Shown piece after piece: positions 30,463-39,916 of a stretch of 64,000 bases of DNA (positions are counted from its first letter, which is position 1; each line of letters starts with the position of its first letter). The stretch is from Geopsychrobacteraceae bacterium (lineage in GTDB: Bacteria; Desulfobacterota; Desulfuromonadia; Desulfuromonadales; Geopsychrobacteraceae): contig CAXXTB010000002.1 of the NCBI GenBank assembly GCA_963676795.2, positions 320,001-384,000 of the forward strand, read 5' to 3'. The translations under genes and the position numbers were made by a program. The notes beneath the pieces are model-generated. The model did not search any database. It had not been told where the DNA came from and was given only the letters and a program-made list of their open reading frames with translations.

Positions 30463-31650
30463 ATGTTCAACAATGTATTTATTCCGTATGGCGGCTACTA
30501 CAGCTCTCCATTTGCCAAATGGCAGGGCAGCCTGCAGAACTTCAATTCGATTGAGCTTGCAGCTAAAACCTGTAAGCGCTGGGTTGATAGCCGTGGCTTT
30601 GATATGGATCCGATCGAGTTTCTGTACCTTGGTTATTCTATCGGCCAGAAATCCTGTTTCTTTGGTGCAACCTGGGCGGCTCATATGCTGGGTCGTCAGA
30701 TTACCGGTCAGACTGTTCAGCATGCCTGTGCAACTTCGACGACCGCTGTCTACAACGCCAGTCTTGCTGTTGAGCATGGCGGTCTTGGTGCTTCTATCTG
30801 TCTGATGGGTGATCGCTGCTCCAACGGCCCACACACCATCTGGCCAAACCCTCTTGGTCCTGGTGCTGAAGTTATCTCTGAAAACTGGAACATGGATAAT
30901 ATGGCTGCTGATCCGGCTACCGGTTTTGGCATGCTGCAGACAGCTGAAAATGTTGCCGCTGAAGGTGGCTTCACCCGTGAGCAGGCAGACGAACTGACCC
31001 TGCGCCGTTTTGAGCAGTATGCTGAAGCTCTGGCCAATGATCGCGAATTCCAGAAGCGTTACATGTTCGCAATTGAGCAGCCTCTCAACAGAAAAACCAC
31101 CATCACACTTGAGTCTGATGAAGGTGTCTCAACAACCTCTAAAGAGGCCCTGGCTAAGCTGAAGACTTTGATGCCTGACGGTATTCACACCTTTGGTTCC
31201 CAGACTCACCCTGCTGACGGTAATGCGGCCGTCATCGTTACCAACAAAGAAAACGCAGACAAGTACAGCAAGGATACCAGCGTCACTGTTCAGGTTGTTT
31301 CCTATGGTTTTGGTCGCGAGAAGCCAGCCTTTATGCCTGCAGCCCCAGCGATAGCATCGAAGATGGCGTTGCAGCGTGCCGGTATCAGCGCTTCTGATCT
31401 GGTCACTGTCAAGAACCACAATCCGTTCATTGCCAACGACCTGGATCTTGCTAAAAAGCTGGGCATCGATCCATTTGACATGAACAACTATGGCAGCTCG
31501 ATGATTTTCGGTCACCCACAGGGCCCAACCCTGGCTCGTCTGCTGATTGAAGGTATCGAAGAGACTGTCATCAAGGGCGGCGGTTACGCACTGATTACCG
31601 GTTGCGCAGCTGGTGACTCTGCCGCGGCACTGGTTCTCAAAATTAGCTAA
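30463..31650 (+). CDS. Thiolase-family protein (divergent)
   Basis: HACATS (Cys), GHPQG (His) and GCAAG (Cys). HNPF replaces the canonical NEAF. Confidence 0.88.
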   Translation: MFNNVFIPYGGYYSSPFAKWQGSLQNFNSIELAAKTCKRWVDSRGFDMDPIEFLYLGYSIGQKSCFFGATWAAHMLGRQITGQTVQHACATSTTAVYNASLAVEHGGLGASICLMGDRCSNGPHTIWPNPLGPGAEVISENWNMDNMAADPATGFGMLQTAENVAAEGGFTREQADELTLRRFEQYAEALANDREFQKRYMFAIEQPLNRKTTITLESDEGVSTTSKEALAKLKTLMPDGIHTFGSQTHPADGNAAVIVTNKENADKYSKDTSVTVQVVSYGFGREKPAFMPAAPAIASKMALQRAGISASDLVTVKNHNPFIANDLDLAKKLGIDPFDMNNYGSSMIFGHPQGPTLARLLIEGIEETVIKGGGYALITGCAAGDSAAALVLKIS

Positions 31651-31766
31651 TTAGTTATAAGGCCTGAAGGGGCCGGGTGTGGCATTGAGTTGAGATGTCA
31701 CACCCGGTTCACTGAAAACAAGCTGTGGATCGTTGTATCCGCGAGCAAAGGATATTGGAGTTATCG

Positions 31767-33332
31767 ATGGCTAAATTTATTACAGCTGAAGAAGCAGCTG
31801 CCTTGATTAAGGACGAGGATCTGGTTGGGGCCGCGACCATGCATTTTGCCGGCTGGCCAGAGCAAGTTGCTGTTGCCCTTCAGGAAAGATACGAGAAAAC
31901 CGGTAGTCCTAAAAACATCACAATGATGCACAGTTCTGCCTGTGGCGATTATCGTAATGGCGGAACGGAGCGGCTTATCGCTGACGGTCTGGTGAAGAGA
32001 CTTGTCTGTGCGCATACGGGACCGGCTGCCGGCATGGTCAAAAAACTTGCCGACAACGCAATCGAGGGCTACTTCTTGCCGCAGGGCGTTATCACGCATC
32101 TGTGGCGCGCTATTGCCGGCAGGAAGCCCGGTGTTATTACCAAGGTCGGTCTGGGGACCTTTGTTGATCCGCGCCTTGAAGGTGGCAAGGTTACCGAGAA
32201 GGCTAAGGAGGATCTGGTCGAACTGGTTGAACTGCGGGGTGAGGAGTGGCTGCTGTATAAGTCCGTTCCTGTCAATGTCGCCTTTATCCGTGCAACGACT
32301 GCGGATGAGAAGGGCAACTTGACCATGGAGTATGAGTCCAACCTGATGGAAAGCCTGCCGTTGGCCATGGCTGCCAAGAACAGCGGCGGCATTGTCATCG
32401 CCCAGGTTTATAACGTCGCTCAGGCCAATACATTGAAGCCTAAGGATGTCCGTGTCCCCGGCGCTCTGGTCGACTATGTCGTTGTCGCTGACAAGCCGGA
32501 ATACCATCTTCAGACAATGGACACCTTCTATATTCCGGCATTGTCTGGCGAGCTGAGAGCACCTATGGACAGCATGCAGCCCATAGAGCTGGACGAGAAG
32601 AAAATCATCGCACGCCGTGCAACCATGGAGCTGAAAAAAGATTCTCTGGTCAACCTCGGTGTTGGTATTCCGGCTTTTGTTTCCAGTGTGGCAAACGAAG
32701 AAGGCGTTGGTGATACCATGACGCTGACCGCTGAGTCCGGAATTTTCGGTGGTGTTCCCGCATCTGGTCCTGCCTTCGGCTCTGCTTACAATGCTGAGGC
32801 AACCATCGAGATGCAGGCCATGTTTGACTTCTACGATGGCGGTGGGATTGATACCACTTTCCTGGGCTTGGCCCAGGCTGATGCCGCCGGCAATACCAAT
32901 GTCAGCAAGTTCGGCCCCCGGGCTGTCGGATGTGGTGGATTTATCAACATCACCCAGAATGCTAAAGAGGTGGTTTTCTGTGGCCAGTTTGTCGTTGGTG
33001 CCAAATACAAGGTCGAAGACGGTCTGTTGAAAATTGTCCAGGAAGGCAAGGTCAAAAAATTTGTCAAGACCCTCGATCAAATCACCTTCAGTGGCAATTA
33101 TGCAAAATCGATTCATCAGCCGGTTCTCTATGTCACGGAACGCGCAGTTTTTAAACTGGACGGCGAAGCCGGTCTGACTTTGATTGAAATTGCTCCTGGT
33201 ATGGATCTGGAAAAGGACATTATCGGTCAAATGGAATTCAGACCGAATATTTCCAAGGACCTGAAAGAAATGGATTCAGCTATTTTCCAGCAGCAGTGGG
33301 GTGGTCTCGAAGCCATTCTTGAAAGTAAGTAA
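31767..33332 (+). CDS. Family I CoA transferase (YdiF/propionate CoA-transferase type)
   Basis: TKVGLGTFVDPR, VNLGVGIP, AESG catalytic Glu, GGFINITQ and YVTERAVF; RBS GGAG before ATG 31767. Confidence 0.92.
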   Translation: MAKFITAEEAAALIKDEDLVGAATMHFAGWPEQVAVALQERYEKTGSPKNITMMHSSACGDYRNGGTERLIADGLVKRLVCAHTGPAAGMVKKLADNAIEGYFLPQGVITHLWRAIAGRKPGVITKVGLGTFVDPRLEGGKVTEKAKEDLVELVELRGEEWLLYKSVPVNVAFIRATTADEKGNLTMEYESNLMESLPLAMAAKNSGGIVIAQVYNVAQANTLKPKDVRVPGALVDYVVVADKPEYHLQTMDTFYIPALSGELRAPMDSMQPIELDEKKIIARRATMELKKDSLVNLGVGIPAFVSSVANEEGVGDTMTLTAESGIFGGVPASGPAFGSAYNAEATIEMQAMFDFYDGGGIDTTFLGLAQADAAGNTNVSKFGPRAVGCGGFINITQNAKEVVFCGQFVVGAKYKVEDGLLKIVQEGKVKKFVKTLDQITFSGNYAKSIHQPVLYVTERAVFKLDGEAGLTLIEIAPGMDLEKDIIGQMEFRPNISKDLKEMDSAIFQQQWGGLEAILESK

Positions 33333-33340
33333 TTTTTTGA

Positions 33341-33388
33341 TGACCTGATCCGATAACTGGCCCATTCGGTCACTGTCGGATCAGGTCA
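33341..33388. terminator. Hairpin after the CoA transferase (possible terminator)
   Basis: TGACCTGATCCGA ... TCGGATCAGGTCA inverted repeat. Confidence 0.5.
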
Positions 33389-33479
33389 CAACGGCAGGAT
33401 TTTGTGCGTAAGTCCGTCAGTTTTCGGCTCTTGTTCTTACAGGCCGATTCAAAGGCTGAGTGGAGCGACGCTCCGATAG

Positions 33480-34154
33480 GTGTTTGTCTTGCAAATAGCT
33501 AATTTATTGAAAAAAATAATTCTTTTTCTCTCCGGACTCTATTTCATTTCGATTGGAATTGTCTGTTCCGTCCATGCCAATCTTGGCGTGACCCCAATTT
33601 CCAGCCTTCCTTATGTGTACGACTTGGCAACACCGTTAACCTTGGGGCAGGCGATGATCATTCTCAACTTGTTGATGATGTCGTTGCAAATTCTTCTGTT
33701 GAGAAGGGCGTATCGCTTGTATCAACTGATTCAATTGCCACTGGTTTTCCTGTTTGGCTGGTTCATCGATATCAATGCTGAGTTGCTAAGAGGTTTGTCC
33801 GTTTCGGGCTATGTGTCTGAGCTTATCTTCTGTCTGGTGAGTTGCCTGCTTATCGGCTTCGGTGTTTTCCTTCAGTTTAAAGCAGAATTGACATTTCTAC
33901 CCGTAGAGGGCGTTGCCTGGGCAATTTCCAGGAAATTTCACATCGAATTCAGCAAGGTCAAGATCTGTATAGACGCAACAATGGTTAGCATCAGCCTCGT
34001 CAGCTCGCTTGTTTTATTCACGCATATTGAGGGCATCAGGGAAGGAACAATTCTGGCTGTTCTCGTAGTCGGTTACTCTGTCAAGGTTTTTGATAGGCTT
34101 TGGAGGTTCATTTCCGACCGTCAAAGTCTTTCCGCTACTATGAAACAGACTTAG
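33480..34154 (+). CDS. YczE/YyaS-like membrane protein
   Basis: ANLGVTPISSLPY and GIREGT motifs, with multiple TM segments. Confidence 0.75.
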   Translation: MFVLQIANLLKKIILFLSGLYFISIGIVCSVHANLGVTPISSLPYVYDLATPLTLGQAMIILNLLMMSLQILLLRRAYRLYQLIQLPLVFLFGWFIDINAELLRGLSVSGYVSELIFCLVSCLLIGFGVFLQFKAELTFLPVEGVAWAISRKFHIEFSKVKICIDATMVSISLVSSLVLFTHIEGIREGTILAVLVVGYSVKVFDRLWRFISDRQSLSATMKQT

Positions 34155-34164
34155 CCAATGATTT

Positions 34165-35607
34165 TCAACTGGTTGAAATGGTGTCTATCCAGGCAAACAG
34201 TTCGTCTAGATCGTAGTCACCGCCGTGTGCCCTATTCCATGGCAAGGCGAAGTCGATCTGGCAGCCTTTATTTTCCAAGGTTGTGGCCAATATGATCGGA
34301 ATCGCCAGAGATGTGTCGCGATCTTTAGTGCCGTGGCGAATCCGCCAGTAGTGGGCAGTCGTTGTTGCACTGGCGCCAATATGGTTCATCGGATTCAGTA
34401 GCCTGATGACCTGATCATCTGCTTTTTGAGCATTCGTTGCGGTACTGTGATGCAGCGAGAAATCAGTAAAATGACGGTCAGGGGTGGTTTTGCTCCCGAA
34501 CAGGTTGTTCTCACCACTGCTCAGGTCGAGAGCGTCAAAGGCCGGGGGCGTTTTCATCCGTCCGATGTAGGAGATATATCCGCCGAGATCGATGGCTGTG
34601 ATTTTGCCGGATTGAACTGTCAGCCAGTCATGTCGGCTCAGATCTATCCCCTGATCTACGGCACTCTGTGCCGAGGCGATTATCTGGTTGGCAATCAGAT
34701 TTTTGAACGATCCGTTCCCTTTGGCATCAAGAGTCAGAGGACTACCGTCGATGTCCTGTAGATTCAGGCTGTTCAGATAGGCGGGAAACAACTCTTTCAA
34801 CTGGTTGGACAAGGATGCCTCGCTGTCATTGAGGGTTCCCTTGATCAGCGTTCTCTTGAGGTGGAAATCGATCATCTCATGGTGAGCCATCTTTTTGTAA
34901 TCAAGCTGGCCGTTGAACAGCCATTCATAGGCCATATCAGCATGCTCGAGATTGGTGATCGGGCAGTAGCTTGAGACCGCAAATATATCATCGCGTACTG
35001 GCGCGGCGCCGATTTCTTTCAGGTAGGTACCGTATTCCTCATTGTTGCCACTGGCGCCGAGCAGGGCTGAAAGTGCCCCACCGGCACTGGTGCCGTTGCT
35101 GATGATCTTGTCTGTGTCGCCGGGAATCCGTTCAGCGTTAAAGCGCAGGTAGCGGACCGCAGCCTTAAGGTCGACGATACAGGCGGGAGCCTTGCCGGTA
35201 TATTCACCGGTGTAATTTTGGTTTGTCCGACCGCGTGTGCCTGGGGCGGCAACGACATAACCATGGGCCAGGGCATGGAAAATGGTATTCATACCGGACC
35301 CGATGCGCTTTGCTCCCGGAGCTCCTGGCCTTCCCGGCATATAGCCGCCGACCGAGATAGGGAAGAAGATAGGGGCTGTTTCCGCTGTGAAGCTATTGAT
35401 TTCCTTGCCCTCAAAGTAGGCTTGGGGAACGTAGATGTTCATGCTCTGGTATTTGATATCGACCGGTTTTGTAACATAGACGATGTTTTCAAAAGCACGA
35501 AAACTGACTATTTCCCCATGGCCATTGTCAAACTGGCGATCTTCGTAAAGGGTTTTGTCAAAAAAAAGGCTGTAGGTGGTTGGTGACTGTGAACTGTTCA
35601 TAAGCAA
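34165..35607 (-). CDS. Subtype B tannase (tannin acyl hydrolase, Lactiplantibacillus TanB-like)
   Basis: GGYMPG, IVDLKAAVRYLR, NGTSAGG (Ser), YCPITNLEHADMAYEW, RMKTPPAFD, GENNLFG, RIRHGTKDRDTS and AHGGDYDLDELFAWID. No signal peptide; start TTG 35607 or ATG 35601. Confidence 0.9.
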   Translation of the reverse strand: MLMNSSQSPTTYSLFFDKTLYEDRQFDNGHGEIVSFRAFENIVYVTKPVDIKYQSMNIYVPQAYFEGKEINSFTAETAPIFFPISVGGYMPGRPGAPGAKRIGSGMNTIFHALAHGYVVAAPGTRGRTNQNYTGEYTGKAPACIVDLKAAVRYLRFNAERIPGDTDKIISNGTSAGGALSALLGASGNNEEYGTYLKEIGAAPVRDDIFAVSSYCPITNLEHADMAYEWLFNGQLDYKKMAHHEMIDFHLKRTLIKGTLNDSEASLSNQLKELFPAYLNSLNLQDIDGSPLTLDAKGNGSFKNLIANQIIASAQSAVDQGIDLSRHDWLTVQSGKITAIDLGGYISYIGRMKTPPAFDALDLSSGENNLFGSKTTPDRHFTDFSLHHSTATNAQKADDQVIRLLNPMNHIGASATTTAHYWRIRHGTKDRDTSLAIPIILATTLENKGCQIDFALPWNRAHGGDYDLDELFAWIDTISTS

Positions 35608-35766
35608 AGGTCAGGCTTAAATCTTGTATATGCTTCGCAGGAAATCTCAAGATTCAGCAGGTCAAGGTGAAATAAAAGATGACTGAATGTTGCCATAGGA
35701 ACAATAAACTTAAACTAAAGTTTGGAAATATAAAACGAAAGAGTTCGTCTGTCGAAGTGTTTTTAG

Positions 35767-36309
35767 ATGATGAACGATGATTTGAAAAGTGCTGGATCAT
35801 TTTTGGTTATACGTTTCATCGATGATCAGCAGAAGTCGAAAAATGCTGCAAAATTTGCGTTTGATAGTGGGTGGAAGCGATGCCAAGACTTTGCTGTCAT
35901 GCGTTCTGAAATACTCGGCATCGTAACTCTGGCAAAGAAGGCATATTCGATTCCACTGGCGAGCAACAGGGGGGTATCAATGAAAAATCCTAAAACATTG
36001 AAGTGCCAGATAGGGGTCGCTCTCTTTGATGAAAACAGCTCAGAATATATAGTCCGGGGATACGATCGTTATCTCGGTCAGAATAGGCCATACCGCTGGA
36101 AAATTGATTCAAAATTCAATGAGCAGTTTGATCGATTCCAATTGCTGATCCGGCATATTCTGATGTCCATGCAGCAATCCAGCTGTGTCGGTGACATCTG
36201 CCAGCTCGTCGAAGAATTCAGTGCAATGAACGTGAGCCCACCGCCTTTAGGAGCCCCTTTTACTAAATTACTGTCAGACGAACTCTGTTGTCGCCAATTC
36301 AGGTTATGA
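35767..36309 (+). CDS. Hypothetical protein
   Basis: 180-codon ORF in an otherwise empty intergenic gap, with no recognised motif. Confidence 0.3.
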   Translation: MMNDDLKSAGSFLVIRFIDDQQKSKNAAKFAFDSGWKRCQDFAVMRSEILGIVTLAKKAYSIPLASNRGVSMKNPKTLKCQIGVALFDENSSEYIVRGYDRYLGQNRPYRWKIDSKFNEQFDRFQLLIRHILMSMQQSSCVGDICQLVEEFSAMNVSPPPLGAPFTKLLSDELCCRQFRL

Positions 36310-36629
36310 TTGTGGAGGCAATTCTATGTTTTTTAGTAGCTTCGGGCATAACAGTTTGGGGCATCTATAATTGGGTAAGGAGGTATAGAGTCATGTGACA
36401 GATTGTCATTTGACTTATCACGAAGAGTCATGCCGTCACAGCTAAGTTCCCTCCTCGGAGTCATCTCTGGCGGTACTGGTCGAGTTCCGGGGCATACGCC
36501 TATCAGGCAGTTGAGAGTGCGGAGCCGGATCCTGACCTTGAATGTTTGAGGATAATTAGCATATCAAGTGCTATCCAGGTAGGTAGCATTTTGATTGGTT
36601 CTGATCGCACCTTCAGTTAAGGACCGCAG

Positions 36630-37346
36630 ATGGAAAAGATCAAAATATTGCTTGTCGAGGATGATAAGGTATTATCCCGGTTGATTAAAGAATACCTGGA
36701 AAAGCGTGACTTTACTGTTCTTGTTGATAACCACGGAGACAAGGCTGCTGAGCTTGTTATGCAGGAGCATCCTGATATTGTCATTCTCGACATTATGCTT
36801 CCGCTGAGAAGCGGCACGGAAATTTGCAAAGAGCTCAGGCGCTTCTACTATGGACCTATCATGATGCTAACGGCACTTGATGAGGAGGTAGATCAGATTG
36901 TCGGTATCGAGATTGGTGCAGATGCGTATTTGACCAAGCCGGTTAGCCCACGACTGCTACAGACTCGGATTAATGGCTTGTTGCGTTTAATCGCGAGAAA
37001 AAAACCTTCAGGGCTTGTTCAGCCAGACGGACCGTCAAGCGAAGATTTGAGTGTTGGTCCATTGCGGATCCATTTTGCCAGTCGTACCGTTTATTATGAC
37101 AATACCCCTGTAAGCATGACGACAGCTCAGTACGATCTACTCTCATTCCTCGCAGCGCATGCTGGCACGGTGCTCAGTCGTGATGAAATTTATCAGCAAC
37201 TGTATGGAATCGAATATGACGGAATAAATCGGGCTGTGGATCAACTCATTGTCTGTATCCGGGAAAAAATTAACGATGACAGTAAGAACCCTTATCTCAT
37301 CAAATCAGTGCGCGGTAAGGGGTATTTGCTGGTAAAAGACCGATGA
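36630..37346 (+). CDS. OmpR-family response regulator (RstA-like)
   Basis: LLVEDD, LDIMLP, YLTKP and winged helix YDGINRAVD...KSVRGKGY. Confidence 0.93.
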   Translation: MEKIKILLVEDDKVLSRLIKEYLEKRDFTVLVDNHGDKAAELVMQEHPDIVILDIMLPLRSGTEICKELRRFYYGPIMMLTALDEEVDQIVGIEIGADAYLTKPVSPRLLQTRINGLLRLIARKKPSGLVQPDGPSSEDLSVGPLRIHFASRTVYYDNTPVSMTTAQYDLLSFLAAHAGTVLSRDEIYQQLYGIEYDGINRAVDQLIVCIREKINDDSKNPYLIKSVRGKGYLLVKDR

Positions 37347-39586
37347 GCCGCCTTTTACTGCATGTCTGGGCGACTGTCCTTGTCGTCCTCATCACAGCAA
37401 ACCTGTTGGGCGCTCTGTTATTCGTCGTCTTTTTTGATACCCTGTTTTTCAACCCGGAGTGGTATCCGCTTAACCGAACAGCATTTCTTATTCACGATGT
37501 GTTGGATAAAACCGAGGATAGTGGTCTTGAACAAGAAGTTCTGCAGCTTTCCAGGTTGCTTGATAGAACAATAACGCTCTCAAATAATGAACCTGCACTT
37601 TCTGGGCAGGATCCCGTTACCTTTTCATCGTCCAGATCTGCAGAAAGAACGGCGACGATTTCTATTCATGACGATAGTTATAGGGTGACATACGATGTGT
37701 TGCCAAGACGTTATCGGCAAAAACTAAGTCCTGGCATGCTGATTGCGTATTTTAGCTTTGAGATCATTCTGTCAATGCTCTTCGGGGTCATCATAGTGCT
37801 GCCTCTGTCAGCTCCGCTGAAACGGTTGAAGCGGGTGACGGCCAAGATCAGGGGAGGTGACATGGATATTCGGATCTCTCCGCTATCGAGGGGGCTTATC
37901 GGTGATATTGAGTTATACTTTAATCAGATCAGCGACATCAGAAAAGAAAACCTGTCTTCTCAACAACAGCTCCTCAGATCCATGGCGCAGATGTTTGGTG
38001 CTTCATTCACATCAATCCGGCATTTATTAGAGAAATTGCAGAGCGCGGTAACTGCAAAAGAACGGGGAGCTTCGATACAGTCTATCGAAATGATTCTGGA
38101 GCAACTTGAATTAAAAATGAAGACAATCTTGACCAGAGAGAAGAAGGGAATCCAATCTACTCTGGCGTATTCTGATAACGTAGATCGTATGAAAAATTAT
38201 CGGGCCAATGTTGCCGTTGTCGAAACGGCAAACGTGTTCGCCTTGTATTTTGGTAGTGATGAAAAAAAAGAAAGCTATAGAAGGGATATCCTCAGGTACT
38301 TTTTTCGCTCAGGGGTTGGAATATTGTGTGCACTCATCATGCTTCACATGTTTGCTTTCTTCCTCGTGCAATTCGGTTATCGCTATTTGTCTTTTGATCC
38401 CAACTGGTATCCGTCCAGAACCTTGGCGGCACTGGTCCAGAGATCGGTGAATAAAACCCCAACCACCGATTTGCAAAGGTATCTGGAACATCTTGAAATG
38501 GACCTTGAGAGGGAGATCCATTTCATCCCTCACGACCTCATAGCGCAGTATCTGTGGAAGCAACCCATTGATGCCGGACATGATATAAGCTATGGCCTTT
38601 TTGAAGGTAAAAAAGTTTTGCTATGGCCAGCAGAAAACACGGATAAATACGTAGTTATGGATCTGGCATATCAGCACTACAGGCCCCCACCCAATATTTT
38701 GCTACATATGTCTCTTGTTCCCATCGAATTGGTGTTTGTTTTAGTGTGCGCTCTGGTCATTTGTACGCCGCTGATACGCAATTTGCTGGAATTGGAATCG
38801 GGTATGAAAAATATTCGAGATGGTTTGTTGAGTACGCGTATTGAACTCTCTCGCTTTACGGCATTCAGGCAACTGAGTGACAGTATCAATGCGATGGCCG
38901 TTCACATTCATTCAGCGTTTATCTATCGCAAGAGCCTATTGCAGGCGATTGCCCATGAGGTGCGTACGCCGATATCCCGGGTTCAATTTCAATTGGCTAT
39001 GATTGCTGAATCCGCGGATTCAAATGAAGTTGATCAGCGCTGCCGTGAGATCTGCGGAGATTTAAATGAGTTGACAAGTTTGGTTGATGAGTTAAGCAAC
39101 TTGATTGAAGACGACTCCGTAGGATCGGAAAGCTTAAGTCAAGATTTCTCCATCGGACAATATCTTGAAAACTGGATCACGTCCTATAAACAACAAAATC
39201 AGAAGATAGATTTTATCTTAAATTCGGCGAGACTGTCTGAAAGTCATATTCAGATTTATCCGCTGTATGTCAAACTGGTACTGAACAATATTCTGTCGAA
39301 TGCGGTTAAGTATGCAAAAAGCGAAATAACGGTCAATGTCAGTTGTTCGGAAGAGAGGCTTCTTGTTGAAGTCATCGATGACGGTCCCGGACTTTCTTCT
39401 GATTTGGAAGCACAATTACAACAATCAGTTCAGCAGGCAGATTCCCAGGCTGTTAAGAGTCCCAGTGGTTACGGCATGGGACTGACCATTGCAAATAGAA
39501 TGGTTGTCCACAACAAAGGGCAACTTGAAATTCACAAAAATGCTCCAGACGGATTACGGATTGTTTTTTCTCAACCGCTCGAATGA
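37343..39586 (+). CDS. Sensor histidine kinase with internally duplicated sensor/HAMP module
   Basis: AIAHEVRTP H-box, NAVKYA, DDGPG and GYGMGL. The first half repeats the TM-NP(E/N)WYP-periplasmic-TM-HAMP unit. Confidence 0.88.
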   Translation: MSRLLLHVWATVLVVLITANLLGALLFVVFFDTLFFNPEWYPLNRTAFLIHDVLDKTEDSGLEQEVLQLSRLLDRTITLSNNEPALSGQDPVTFSSSRSAERTATISIHDDSYRVTYDVLPRRYRQKLSPGMLIAYFSFEIILSMLFGVIIVLPLSAPLKRLKRVTAKIRGGDMDIRISPLSRGLIGDIELYFNQISDIRKENLSSQQQLLRSMAQMFGASFTSIRHLLEKLQSAVTAKERGASIQSIEMILEQLELKMKTILTREKKGIQSTLAYSDNVDRMKNYRANVAVVETANVFALYFGSDEKKESYRRDILRYFFRSGVGILCALIMLHMFAFFLVQFGYRYLSFDPNWYPSRTLAALVQRSVNKTPTTDLQRYLEHLEMDLEREIHFIPHDLIAQYLWKQPIDAGHDISYGLFEGKKVLLWPAENTDKYVVMDLAYQHYRPPPNILLHMSLVPIELVFVLVCALVICTPLIRNLLELESGMKNIRDGLLSTRIELSRFTAFRQLSDSINAMAVHIHSAFIYRKSLLQAIAHEVRTPISRVQFQLAMIAESADSNEVDQRCREICGDLNELTSLVDELSNLIEDDSVGSESLSQDFSIGQYLENWITSYKQQNQKIDFILNSARLSESHIQIYPLYVKLVLNNILSNAVKYAKSEITVNVSCSEERLLVEVIDDGPGLSSDLEAQLQQSVQQADSQAVKSPSGYGMGLTIANRMVVHNKGQLEIHKNAPDGLRIVFSQPLE

Positions 39587-39592
39587 GCACTC

Positions 39593-39627
39593 TACAATTC
39601 CTTACAAATCTCTACAGACGCGATACA
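39593..39627 (+). promoter_or_regulatory. Four phased TACA direct repeats (RstA-box-like)
   Basis: TACA at 39593, 39603, 39613 and 39624, between the HK stop and the sulfatase gene. Confidence 0.6.
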
Positions 39628-39916
39628 GACTTCAAGTAAATCTTCAACATAAAATTTAGTCAAGCTAGTCGTTCAGGTTTTTACTTCTATTGACTTTGAC
39701 AAAAGCGTTTAGCAGCTGCCACCTGTAAAGCGCTTGTCTTCGTTATGAATCGGTTCTGGCATAAGGCATTGTTCTGTACGTGCCTGACGGAACTTAAGTC
39801 ATAAAGTTGTGACATCGACGTTTTTATCTAATTTTCAGGGGAGACTGTAATTGTTCTTATTGCAGTCGGCTAAACAGGTGCCCAGCACCTATTCATGTTT
39901 GGGAGGTACATATTAT

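Noticed and set aside
31761..33230. Long antisense ORFs (489 aa here; also 5267-6298, 3148-3975, 28899-29657, 47031-47735)
   Set aside because: They shadow well-supported genes on the opposite strand and carry no motifs.
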